Assembly: GCA_965603825.1 (NCBI GenBank)
Contig: CBFDEM010000020.1
Location: 248,001 to 312,000, forward strand
Length of the DNA: 64,000 nt
DNA from: Blepharisma stoltei ATCC 30299
Taxonomy: Eukaryota > Protista > Ciliophora
Direction of reading: 5' to 3'
A program made the position numbers and the translations under genes. Within the stretch, counting starts at the first letter, position 1; every line of letters starts with the position of its first letter. The notes beneath the pieces are model-generated. The model made no database searches. It saw nothing but the letters and a program-made list of their open reading frames with translations, and was not told the origin of the DNA. Shown in pieces: positions 24,901 to 34,884 of this stretch.

Positions 24901-25083
24901 ACTGCAACCAAAAAAATAGTCTTCAGAAAATTCTATGCCCAGAGTGCTTACTGTAGGAGACATATAATTGGGGCTCATTGAACGACGGTGAGCGCGAGAT
25001 AGCTGGGTATTTGGGTCATGATCATTAGAGAATTGAAGTGAGCGACGCCCAGGAGATGAGTAGCTTAAAGAATTACTTTTCAT
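21988..25083 (-). CDS. Large low-complexity S/K/E-rich disordered protein (1031 aa)
   Basis: Uninterrupted ORF with many SP/TPR motifs and no recognised domain. Confidence 0.8.
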   Translation of the reverse strand: MKSNSLSYSSPGRRSLQFSNDHDPNTQLSRAHRRSMSPNYMSPTVSTLGIEFSEDYFFGCSVCGTKAIETSIEGSFHESPPKIRPSNKFDTAENCTENSNSYSKLVKVVKRNSIGDKNEVAEIKKKIIETNSKPEEWDSDVDRSFKIIEEDPANEDGVVINEIHYKEVYPAPKTELTALNYKEAKSVQESFYYNPAAIENVKEEERKRVVIRRAEYSNRTKGVCKSMVATISNADDIKNDNIKEKINKERQKLEELNRERQRLEELQEKKSDLITPKKLKSSSYSVERSTGGRKENDNYIAVRENARKTTPSRADLAKKNGASTPRNEIRTPRSQAAQRSEQDEVKTDPFEYKRNEKPGAEITTPRSQTTSKNEQQQDETRSQASKRLDESKGQILDDSKSDIKTPRSQISIKEDAKNDSFTLQRGGEKTKSIKQSIIEQMSNKDKKSNKDLSFSSKKSVCSAQEYQHTKSDIGEDDLSSLKSMPISQAIEEIYEMKNPEIVVDSTINIFKDEENIQKSTSSQEKVGKDSPKFPVEDIKGGENEKSQIEYSVEEEIVEIEQPQAIVKKPEKVKVRGGKSTGLPGRSYEPVLGNRRSPESPENSEGVIRVKGNLIGSSKADSELSREESKIIENSPYGNTLSIITSPIKDDSIVCEDQIILTEQSPTKIESSENPSEMTTDSPTKILLQSSKSKQEASPAKSSGSKHSSPAKSQDSSSKNSTPLGNSPNSSPSAKLSPLSQSPMPEDIEEPIRDESFDNKSQTSVKSQYSSKSKNDDKKSQTSSKSKNEDSKSQTSSKSKNEDSKSQVSSQSKNEESKSPKMYANQSPISRKSENSENKHEISEGSNEILIEEHSEPELQQRGTGEFPENEQAYPFKDALSENYSQETQEMLHFKPHNIDQRQYRQPSFGENQEDFVDASSINVERASSPALSLESGGKKSKIHYNTFDSIREEHVQYENEYESSLDEYSGQNPNEKSTQTRNSSGGNIEITEVRIHQMLALLCDDKILKGLRMIGGFAQYFEEHGHEFLNR
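22635..22795 (-). repeat. Coding tandem repeat, 39-nt unit (SQTSSKSKNEDSK), ~4 copies
   Basis: gactttgagtcttcattttttgacttagaagaggtctga repeated with variants. Confidence 0.85.
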
Positions 25084-25373
25084 TTTATTAATTGACGGTT
25101 AGGAGTTATTTTTGATGAAATTAAAGATTATGGCAGCTTTATGAAGGATTGAAATAAGGGAGCAAGAGGAGTGAAAGGAGTTATGAAGAAAGCGGGAAGC
25201 TAACTGAGAAATGGCTATTGAAGTAGATCTATTTTATTAGAAAAATGATGAATAAATAATGTATAGAAAATTATTAAACATAAATAGCATAATAAAAAAG
25301 CTATTTGATATTTTTTTAAATTAGAGTTATTCTATTCAGCCGAGAAAGTAGGAATTGCAGGCTATTTCTTAAT

Positions 25374-26282
25374 TTATCATTCATTAATTCTGCTTTCTAA
25401 AAGCGTCAGAACATTGCTTGTGGTTTTCTTGAACTTCTCAATCATCAAAGTATTTGCTGGCATTTTCATTATTGGTCTGCAATCAATTTGCTGTATTAAA
25501 GTGACCAAAATTCCCAAATCAATTTTCCTAATTAAAATTGCTTGAAAAACGGTTTTCCCAGCCTCTTCTACGTTTTCTACTAACTCTTCGCCTCTTACAA
25601 TTGTAATAATTGTATTTTTATCCTTTCTAGTTGACCATTTATCAGAATAATTTCTTTGAATATTCTTATGGTCTCTTCTGCTTAAAACTACCCAATCCAT
25701 AAATAGCGTACCTGAAATCACTTCAGCATCTATATAAGAATCATCCCAGTTTTTATACAGCATAGGGGTATGGAAAGTCTCAAAAATCGAGTTCAAAGAG
25801 ACTGTAGCGTTGAATAGAATTCTTGCTTTTAATACTACACAGTCTCGATTAAAATCACTTGAAATTCGCTTAAAAATTTCAAGATTGCAGTCCTCTACCA
25901 AAGGCACCCACTTATTTTCACTACAAAGCTCTGGAAGCTCTCTGTAAACATCTGCAAATTCTTGGCTTGGAAACGGATGAGTTTTTAAGTCAAGTAACGA
26001 GTCTTCTATAGGCTTGATTTCTGCCAAACTTTTTGCTAGGTTTCCAAACTCTTCAGGAACCTGTGGATTTTCTATCACACTTTCTTCTTTTTTTATGGAA
26101 ATTGTCGTATCAGCGTCGCTTTCCTTATTTTTGCCTTCTTCATCTTCACTTTTTGCTTCTTCGTTTTTCTTATACAAATTTTCCTTAGCAAAAGGCCATG
26201 GCTCTGGCCTCAATCCTTGGTAAGAAAGTCTTTCATTTTCCAATATATTCCCTTTCGCTTCCCTCGTTTGACAGCAACCCAT
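25374..26282 (-). CDS. START-like domain protein with MGCC acylation motif
   Basis: MGCCQT N-terminus; WVPLVED...YKNWDDSY...VTLIQQID resembles a START fold. Ends TGA-TAA. Confidence 0.7.
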
Positions 26283-26334
26283 TTAAAATTATGACAAATT
26301 CCATCAAAAAACGATTGCAAAATTCATACAAAAT

Positions 26335-26754
26335 ATGGTTGAAGGTCTCGAAAATCTCAACGAAGAGCTTGCCAAGCAGAATGAGTGGGCCAAGGCTGTA
26401 ATTTTTGATCATGAAGGTCATCCTGTTGCATCAAAAGGCTTTAATGTGAACCCAGCAGAGCTTTTACCATATCTTCATGCATTGGACTCCAGAGATGCTA
26501 CAATAGGTGCTGGATTTATATTGGCAGGGAATCATTTCGACGTTCACAGGTTCCATCCTCCTCTGGTTTATGGTAGAAGAGGCGGACCTGATGAAGGTGA
26601 AGGAATTGCCCTTTGCCAAGCTATTAGAAATGGCCAACCTGTGTACGGAGTTATTACCTATGAATTTCCCTATCTAAGCGCCCGCTGCGTACCACAGCTT
26701 GTTGACTTCTGCAGAAAATATATAGGAACTGTTGAAATCCCACAGCCAAACTAG
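26335..26754 (+). CDS. Profilin-like protein
   Basis: 139 aa; AVIFDHEG..VAS...GFILAGNHF...LVYGRRG...GIAL pattern. Confidence 0.75.
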   Translation: MVEGLENLNEELAKQNEWAKAVIFDHEGHPVASKGFNVNPAELLPYLHALDSRDATIGAGFILAGNHFDVHRFHPPLVYGRRGGPDEGEGIALCQAIRNGQPVYGVITYEFPYLSARCVPQLVDFCRKYIGTVEIPQPN

Positions 26755-26782
26755 ATAAATAAGAATTATTGATAAAGTGATT

Positions 26783-28078
26783 TTAATTAAAATTAAGCTT
26801 AGTCACGTGCTTTTTCTTGCAGGAGATACATTCTTGGTCCAAGCACTCTGTGCATACAAAGACACCACACTCAAAAAGCCACTCCATTTCTCGCTCCCCA
26901 CATTTTTTGCAATAAAACTTGCAGATGCCTGCTTTAGGCTTCTCTTTGGGCTTGTCTTCATTTTCTTGAGATGTTGTCTCTACATTTCCTTGAGGTAAAT
27001 CGGAAGGAATTTCACTAGGGACTTGTTCAAGATTTTCAGAAATTTTATTTTCTTCAGGTTTTTGCTCAATTTTGGTAGTGGCTGCAGATTCCACATTTTT
27101 CTTGTCCTTATGACTTTGATGCAAAAACGGGCAATTATTATTGACTCTGCATGCTTCTTTTTTGCATGGCTTTGTTTTGTAAAAAGATTGGTGGAAATAG
27201 ATCTCATTCTTTGTATGGGCTTTGTTGCAGTCGTCTCCATTTGGACATAAGTTTGGGTCCAAAAACTTCCTTTCTCGAAACACAAAAATGCATGGAATGG
27301 CATCGTATCTGAATTTATCTAAATTCCTTCTCCTTTGCTTTTCATCATGATACCCTAAGCAGTCCTGATTTTTGCAGCTTTCAATAATGCAAGGCTCAGT
27401 CTTAAAAGTTTTTATATTGAATTTTGGCTTTTCAGGCTGAAGGCCAGGCGCTCTTCTATCATCATCACTATGTGCATATGAACAGTGCGAGCCTTTATTT
27501 TTGCAGCTTTGTCCTTCATTTTTTTCATATCGACAGTTCTGGACTTTATAGACAATGGGATGATAAGAGACTTCTTCTAGAGAATGGGCATATTTACAAT
27601 GCACTCCATTTCTGCAATATTTTTCATTTTGGCACATCTTGGGCCAGTAGTTCCAAGCGTCCTCAATGGGGTAAGGAACACGCCTTGGTACTTGTCCAGG
27701 ATGGTAGTTGAGACACTCTGAGTTATTGCAATTCTCGTGGCATTTTTTGACGCGATAATGAAGTATGTATTTTTTATGCTCTGGCTTTTCGTTTTGGTAG
27801 AGTTCTTTTAAGGTTTTATTGTCAATTTTGACATGGTTTGGGTAGGAGTCTTTAGAACGCTTAGGCCGGTCTTCAAAGTTTTGCTTCCAAGAATTTTGAT
27901 CATTTTCTTTGCGATTCCCACGTGAAAATTGATTTTGACGCTTTTCAGGGTAATGGTCTTGTTTTGGGGTAGATGGAGGGATCCATTCAGGCCAAGAATC
28001 AGAGGGATGTTGATCTTCTTTGATACTATTGTAAAGAGCAGCCATTTCAGGGTCAGTTTTTAGAGCGCCAGATTCCAT
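26783..28078 (-). CDS. Unkempt-like tandem CCCH zinc-finger protein with C-terminal RING-like motif
   Basis: Repeated CCCH motifs with YHPIVYKV, FKTEPC, RRRN, AHTKNEIYFH; C-terminal CxxC...CGVFVCTEC...CISC. Confidence 0.85.
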   Translation of the reverse strand: MESGALKTDPEMAALYNSIKEDQHPSDSWPEWIPPSTPKQDHYPEKRQNQFSRGNRKENDQNSWKQNFEDRPKRSKDSYPNHVKIDNKTLKELYQNEKPEHKKYILHYRVKKCHENCNNSECLNYHPGQVPRRVPYPIEDAWNYWPKMCQNEKYCRNGVHCKYAHSLEEVSYHPIVYKVQNCRYEKNEGQSCKNKGSHCSYAHSDDDRRAPGLQPEKPKFNIKTFKTEPCIIESCKNQDCLGYHDEKQRRRNLDKFRYDAIPCIFVFRERKFLDPNLCPNGDDCNKAHTKNEIYFHQSFYKTKPCKKEACRVNNNCPFLHQSHKDKKNVESAATTKIEQKPEENKISENLEQVPSEIPSDLPQGNVETTSQENEDKPKEKPKAGICKFYCKKCGEREMEWLFECGVFVCTECLDQECISCKKKHVTKLNFN

Positions 28079-28534
28079 TTTATGAGAAAATCAAAATAAA
28101 TTTTGTTTAGAAATTCTACGAATTATAGTTTTATTGGCAGGTATCTTGATTTTGTTAATTAATCTAAATTAAAATGGCTCATACTAATTTGCTTTAGCAT
28201 TAAATTGAAATTTTTGAACGATTAAGCAACTTGATATAACTGAATATATATTCTTTATAATAAAACAAACAATATAAAATTTATATGAAAAAATTAGCTT
28301 AAATGAATTTTACAACTTTTTTTTACCAGTTTCATTTATAATGATTGAATGATTCAATAAGTTTTATTACGAAAAAAAGGAATTGATTAGATCTTCAAAT
28401 ATCAATAAGTTAACTTCTATGTATAACTAGCAAGATTTTCAAACAATAAAGTAAAAATTGAAAATATTTTTCGAATTGATTCATTAAGCAATATATAAAG
28501 AATTTCTTATGTTTTTCCTATCAAATCATAACGA

Positions 28535-29209
28535 ATGCATGCATTAAAAATATTGTTCCCTATTTCATGGACTAATATGATAAAAGAAATTGATATCACA
28601 AAAACCTTCGAAACTACAAACAGAACATATAATGATCCAAAAGAGCTAACTTCTGACAACAAGTGTTATAAACTTGCCTTATATCTAGAGTCTCAATTAA
28701 AAACAATGAATTTTGTATTAACTCTATTTGGCTTAATCTGTAATTTCTGCGAAGGGTTTATAGTGATTATTTTTTATTTTCACACAGAGAATGAGATGAT
28801 ATTGATATTTAAATATTTTGTCTTTTTTAAAGCTATAAGCTCGGCATATATGGGGTATATTTCAATACAATTATGAAGACATAGGGAAACAAGCCATCCA
28901 ATGAACTTTTCATATATTATCATTTGTTTTATAATCGTGCAAGTTAGTTTATTTTCATATGAGGCACCAGAAAATAATGCTTGCATGGTAAATTTTGTGA
29001 TTGCTGATACGGTTGTGGATATAGTGCTGCTGCTAATTTGTATTGCTTATATTTGCTGGATGAAAATCAAAGCAAGAAGTTATTTCAAAGAAAAAGAGAG
29101 TTTCAGGTCATTTGCCACAGTTTTAAGCATAAAACTGCTAAGGCTATTTCCTATTCCAGATCAGATGGAAGCTGATGCATGTCAAAATTCTAGTTATGAC
29201 TTGGATTAG
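28535..29209 (+). CDS. Multi-pass membrane hypothetical protein
   Basis: Two same-frame ORFs joined via TGA(28874-28876); about four hydrophobic segments. Confidence 0.6.
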
Positions 29210-29607
29210 ATTTATCTATTAATATTAGATAGATATCAGTAATCATTTATAACACAATATTACAAGACAAAATTGTTTTAATTAAGATATTTATATACAT
29301 AAGTTTAAATTCATCACTCATAATTCATGATCACTATAAATACATTATTTTTAAATTCTAAATTTTGACAAGCCAAATTCATGGCTTAAAAAATTAAATT
29401 AAAACTAGCCCATCTCCCTAATGTGACAATTATAACGAATTTTAAAGTTTTGCAAGCCATTTTATTTAAACAATTGCTAATTTTCTAAGCTTTTTTGTTT
29501 ATTTCCTTATCCTAATAAAATCCCTACTGATCCTGATTTCTTCTATTCATTTCTTTACGATTTAAAAACATGGAATTAAGCTTGAAACTGGGGTGAGATA
29601 ATAATAA

Positions 29608-30252
29608 ATGGCTAATCCAGAATAGTAATTCTTACGCAGCGACTATCTCTTCAAGCTTTTACTCATTGGCGATTCCGGTGTCGGGAAATCTTCGATATTG
29701 TTAAGATTTGCTGACAATACATATGCTGAAAGCTTTATTGCCACCATCGGAGTTGATTTCGTAAGTTCTATCTAGAAAATCAAAACAGTAGAAGTCGAAA
29801 ACAAAGTCATAAAACTCCAGATTTGGGATACAGCAGGACAAGAAAAATTCAGAACAATTACGTCTTCTTATTATAGAGGAGCTCACGGCATCATTGTGGT
29901 TTATGATGTCACGAACCGAGACTCTTTCAACAATGTGAAGAACTGGATGAACGAAATAACAAGGTATGCTAGTGAAAATGTAAACCGATTGCTTGTGGGA
30001 AATAAAAGCGATATGGAAGGCAAGAAAGCTGTTACTTATGATGAAGGAAAAGAACTTGCTGATTCATTCGGAATTCCATTTATCGAGACTTCAGCCAAAA
30101 CTTCTGTGAATGTCGAGCAAAGTTTCTTAAGGATGGCCGGAGAAATCAAAGGGAGAGTTGCAGCGACTGCAACAAAATCAAATCCTCAGCCAAAAGGGCA
30201 AAGACTAGCCACCGGGAAGAGCTTAACGCCTAAGAAAACAGGGTGTTGCTAG
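29608..30252 (+). CDS. RAB1: Rab1/Ypt1 GTPase (two introns)
   Basis: Spliced product [23 protein letters not shown]...TIGVDFKIKT...WDTAGQE...NKSD...ETSAK...GCC. Confidence 0.96.
29625..29639 (+). other. 15-nt intron GTAATTCTTACGCAG
   Basis: Removal restores the conserved PEYDYLFK. Confidence 0.95.
29761..29775 (+). other. 15-nt intron GTAAGTTCTATCTAG
   Basis: Removal restores the conserved GVDFKIKT. Confidence 0.95.
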
Positions 30253-30353
30253 CTAGGTTTAATATCTTATATGATGATTTTATCTTAAGTACTCTTTAAG
30301 TTTTATGATTTTGAATTATTATTACTTTTCAATAATTTCTATATTAAATTTTA

Positions 30354-31358
30354 ATGGAGTGCGGCATTTGTTCTCACAATTATGATGCTCGGTATCATAT
30401 TCCAACGCTGCTGGATTGTGGTCACACTTTTTGCAATAAGTGTATTGAAGACGTTATTATAGGAGATCTAAAGGTTGAAGACCTCCTGTTCCAGTCACAA
30501 GAAAAACTCTGCCCAGTTGACCACCGGCCTTTTTCTACGAGGTTTACTCCAAATTATGAGCTTCTAACGTCTCTTTCCCTTTGTCCGATATCATCAGATG
30601 CCCATGCTCCAGATTTTCATCAAAAGCATCGTACAGTTTTTCAGCGGCAAGCTTCTAATAGAGCACCTTTCGCTGAACTATACCCAAGTATAGATAGAAG
30701 ACAAATAGCAGAAATTTTTAATTTTTCTGTCCAAAAAGTGATAGAAAATGAGCTTAAATGCACCAATGGGCACAATTTAAATAGAAGTGAAAACTTTTTG
30801 GCTGAATACCAAAGCAATGAATTTAACTTCAAATGCAGACAATGTAAGAGAGACAAAACATTAGGGTGGTTTTGTAAACCATGCATTTATATAATATGTG
30901 ACGAATGCAAAGAATGGATTACGGAGACAGATACAATCGAAAACCCTGGAGTTGTTTGCATAAGGAGACATAAAGTTAGAATGACCCCTAACGCACAAGT
31001 TTATAATTTAAAAATCGGCAGAGGAAGTGGGAATTTTAATTGTGATACTTGTTTGGAAAGAAGAATCGGTTGAAGTGCGCAGTGCCGAGAATGCAACTTT
31101 GATATGTGTGAAAGCTGCACTGAAAATTTAAAGAAAATTGTGCCTTTAGTTGGCAATTTACAGTGCCTAAGAAATCATCCACTTGTATGGATTCCTGATT
31201 TTAGCACGATAAGAAATAAAGACTATGGGTGTGACGTTTGCAAAAGAAGGTTTAAAAAATCTGGAAGCTTTAATTGTGGGCTGTGCAAGTTTGATGTATG
31301 CATAACATGTGCAGATAGAAGGCTTAGTGAAGTTCGGGGTACGCTAAATCCAAGATAA
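30354..31358 (+). CDS. RING-HC protein with three Cys/His (C1-like) repeats, paralog A
   Basis: CGIC...LDCGHTFCNKC...CPVD, then three CxxxH...CxxC...CxxC repeats; TGA(31071-31073)=Trp. Confidence 0.85.
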
Positions 31359-31397
31359 ATTAAAAAATTGGATAATTATCTAAAGAATTAATAGATA

Positions 31398-31590
31398 AAG
31401 GAATTAAATAAAACAATAATATAGCATTTACAAATAGCTAAAAAAGTGCTAAGACTATTGCAAAATAAATTAATAGAAGAAACAAAAGAGAATTATTTCA
31501 ATATAATAAATTCAGCAACTGATATTAAATTTTTAATCTATTTTTTATATATATATACGCCTAGGCATGCACAAATTAGAATAAAGCCTA
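31398..31590. repeat. Duplicated protease 3' end/flank (second copy ~32497-32704)
   Basis: Shared aattaaataaaacaataatatagcatttacaaatagc...gtgctaagactattgcaaaataaattaatag and caaattagaataaagccta. Confidence 0.85.
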
Positions 31591-32395
31591 TAACTGAGCA
31601 TGTGATGATCACAGCAAGTAGCCACGTAGCCATCCCTTCAGAAGATTTTGTGATTGATTTTGCAAAACCAATTCTCATTTGATCCATATCAAAATGTAGA
31701 TAAAACCTTCGAATAAAACCCTCACCCAATATTCAATAATTTATTTTGCTGTTATAGTGAAGAGTTGGATAGCATTTATCGTCTTCAATGACGAAATAAT
31801 CTATTGGAGATAGAGTAAAGACTTTCCCAGAGAACACAAAATTCAGTTTAGGGTATTTACCATCGCAATCGCAAGACATGTAGCTTGAACTATCAATTTT
31901 ACAAGAGTAGTCGTTCAGGAGAGTTTGTAGCATATCAAGTACGTCATTTTTTGGGCCTATAATATAGCTAATACTTGTATCAATAATTGCTGATGTACCT
32001 AAAGTATCGCTGCTCACATAGCCACTTGATTATCCATAATTAGTATAAAAACTCTTCAGCTGAGTAGTATTTTTATAAGTCGGGGAAGCTTTTGAGTTGA
32101 ATCTGTTACTTGCATGACAGCTATTGCAATTTTTGGAATCAATTCATGTCCATTTTGTTCATGTGTCAATTAAGAGAGTAAACTCCTGAGAAGGAGTTCC
32201 CATAGTAGCTTTAATGGAGTATTCGACCTAAATAGAGCATACATTTTTTTCATTGGCAGCACTTAGAGATGTTGAAAGCTCACGTGGAGAGGTGAGGCTG
32301 GATATAGTGTGCTTTTCTATACCTTTTTCGGAGGCACTTCTATATAATGGCATTGATATAGCTGCCAGGGCTATAGAAAGTCTTATATAAAGCAT
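31538..32395 (-). pseudogene. Pepsin-like aspartic protease pseudogene (A)
   Basis: Signal peptide and a 15-nt intron GTATGCTCTATTTAG (32228-32242). First site is DT-TGA, premature TAA at 32030-32032, ~130 codons deleted between SSDTL and SAIIDTS. Confidence 0.85.
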
Positions 32396-32700
32396 AAATA
32401 TTTTAATTATAATCATTAAGGCTATTTCTAATCAAATCAACATGAATGTTCTACATTTTTTGCAAAGTTTGAAATGTAATAAATTATTAGGCGCAGCTAA
32501 AGAATTAAATAAAACAATAATATAGCATTTACAAATAGCAAAAAGTGCTAAGACTATTGCAAAATAAATTAATAGCAGAAATAAGAGAAAATTATTTATA
32601 TAATAAACTCACCCACTGATATTAAAATTTTAATCCTCTAGTTTTTATTTAAGCCCCATTACTATTAGAAATGCCACACAAGCGCAAATTAGAATAAAGC

Positions 32701-32855
32701 CTAGCCGATTTTTTATTATTTTTATCATAAAAAGGGACTTCTGATTGGCTGGAATCATATAATTACCTTTTCTTTTCGATATCATTTATTATCATTTTCT
32801 AAAATATTTTTATTTTATTATTAAACTAACTGATCTGAAATAGTTAAATATCTAG
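32701..32855. mobile_element. 151-bp AT-rich insert bounded by a CTAG direct repeat (IES-like or TSD-flanked insertion)
   Basis: CTAG at 32701-32704 and 32852-32855. Excision leaving one CTAG restores the reading frame IIITL|GFILICACVAFLIVMGLK*. Confidence 0.65.
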
Positions 32856-34061
32856 AGTGATTATTATGAGTAAAAGCATTTTCCATAGCGGAATGCTTTC
32901 AATGCCGATGCCTAAATCATTCAAGCTTTTTATTTTTGCAAAGCCAATTCGCCTTTTTTCCATATCAAAATTGATATAAAATCGCCGGATAAAGCTATCT
33001 CCCAAGAGCCAGAAGTTTAATGAACTGCTATAACCAAATACTGGGTAGCATCTTCCTTGAGAAACCATAAAATAATCAATCGGCTTAATCGCAAACGTAT
33101 GCCCAGAAAGTATAAATTTTAGATCAGGATAAGCACTATCGCAATTGCAATATATGTTATTTTGGGTATCGGCGCTACAATCAAATTGGTAATAAAGAAT
33201 TTGCAGTATTTTAAGCACACTAGCTTGGGGGCCGATAATTAAACTAGTTCCAGTGTCAATAATTGCTGTTTGAGCTTCAGTTAATTTAGTTCCATTAAAA
33301 TCAACACCATCACACTCAACGACCCAATGCCCCATATAATTGGCTAAGTCAATATAGGTAAAGCTTCCTTGTGATGAATATTTGCTGAGATCATATCCAT
33401 CAATCATTAAGAGCGAACTGCCAAGGCTTACCAAATCTGTATAGCTCCTTGCATCATTCAAATAAACAGAAAACTGCTGTTTCTGAATTCTCCCTTGATT
33501 TTTCAGAGAGCTCATCAATGAATTTGTCCCACCACTTAAGGCATCAAATGCAAATCCAATCAAGCCATCCATTTGCATGTTATCATTGTCTGCCTCTTCA
33601 TAAACTAGAAGAAAAGAATGGCCGTATACAGAAAGGGAGGCATCATCCCCAATTGAAAAAATATCAGTGCTTATATAGCCTTTTGTGCTTCCTTTCAGAT
33701 AAGTTATTGATTCGATTTGACTGGTGTTATGATAACTAGAAGACGTTTCTGGATCGAATTTTGTGCCCGTATGGCAATTAGAGCATTTATTTCAATCAAT
33801 TCATGCCCATGTGCTCCCTGTATCAACCATGAACGTAAAAACCTGTGCAGGGGTTCCAATTGAAGCACGAATGTAATATTGATACTAAATATGACTTACA
33901 TTCTGGTAATTGGTCATGCTTGACGATGTATAAAGTGCACGTTGTGGCGATATAATGTCTAGTACTGAGTGCTTGGTAAAATTAAGCTCTGAATCTAATT
34001 TATATAAAGGTATTGATATTGCAGCAAAAGCAATAGAGAGACAAACATACCAAATTGTCAT
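32844..34061 (-). CDS. Pepsin-like (A1) aspartic protease (B), both DTG motifs intact; extends to 32645 if the 151-bp insert is removed
   Basis: Signal peptide and 15-nt intron GTAAGTCATATTTAG (33885-33899). MVDTGSTWAW, IIDTGTSLI, WLLGDSFIRRFY. Confidence 0.9.
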
Positions 34062-34884
34062 TTATTTGGTTATTTTTTAGACAGCTTTAATATCTAATCC
34101 ATCTACAATTTTTGTTGAAGATTAATATGGCGCTTAAGGCTTTTAAAAAATTGCACCTGAGATTAATTTATAAAAATACCATATTCATTAAGCAATGAAG
34201 CTTGATTGATGCAAGCTAACTCTGTATAGCATCTTCACATTAACTTAGACTAAAATCCGCAGCGAATTCAAGCAGCTTATTTTTGTATTGTTTTAACATT
34301 CATACTTTTAGGAGAGTTCAACTAAAATTGAATGCTATATGCTACTATATAAAAGTATAGTTTGAAGGAAAACTTACCAGCTTGAACACTAGATTCTTGA
34401 CGCTAAATAATTAATGGGTCTTAAGATATAGTTAAGAATTATCAAAAGAAGCATAGCTCGGCTTGAGGTTTTCTTCAATGAAAAACACTAAAGGAATAAA
34501 TTCAAAATGCTTGCAAAAGCCTCAATTGATTGAAATAAAATAGACATTCGCAAAATCCTCCTTATTAATGCGAAAAGAAATTAATGTTGATTGTAATAGT
34601 AAGTATGATAAATCAAATTTTCAGCTTGGATTATCAATTAATAAAAATAAATAAATTACTAAGAACACTTATCAATCATAGCTTTAAAAATATTCAAATA
34701 TTTGGAAATATAATTTATGAAGCATGGAATAATAATTTAGAAATAGGAATTAAGTTTTTTAAAAAATAAATCCGAGTTTACTAATATTAATAAATAAAAT
34801 ATAGCGAAAACTTTTTAAACTATTTCCAATCTATTATCAAAAATATGGATAGTGGCAAAATATAACTTATCAGTAATTTTATTA

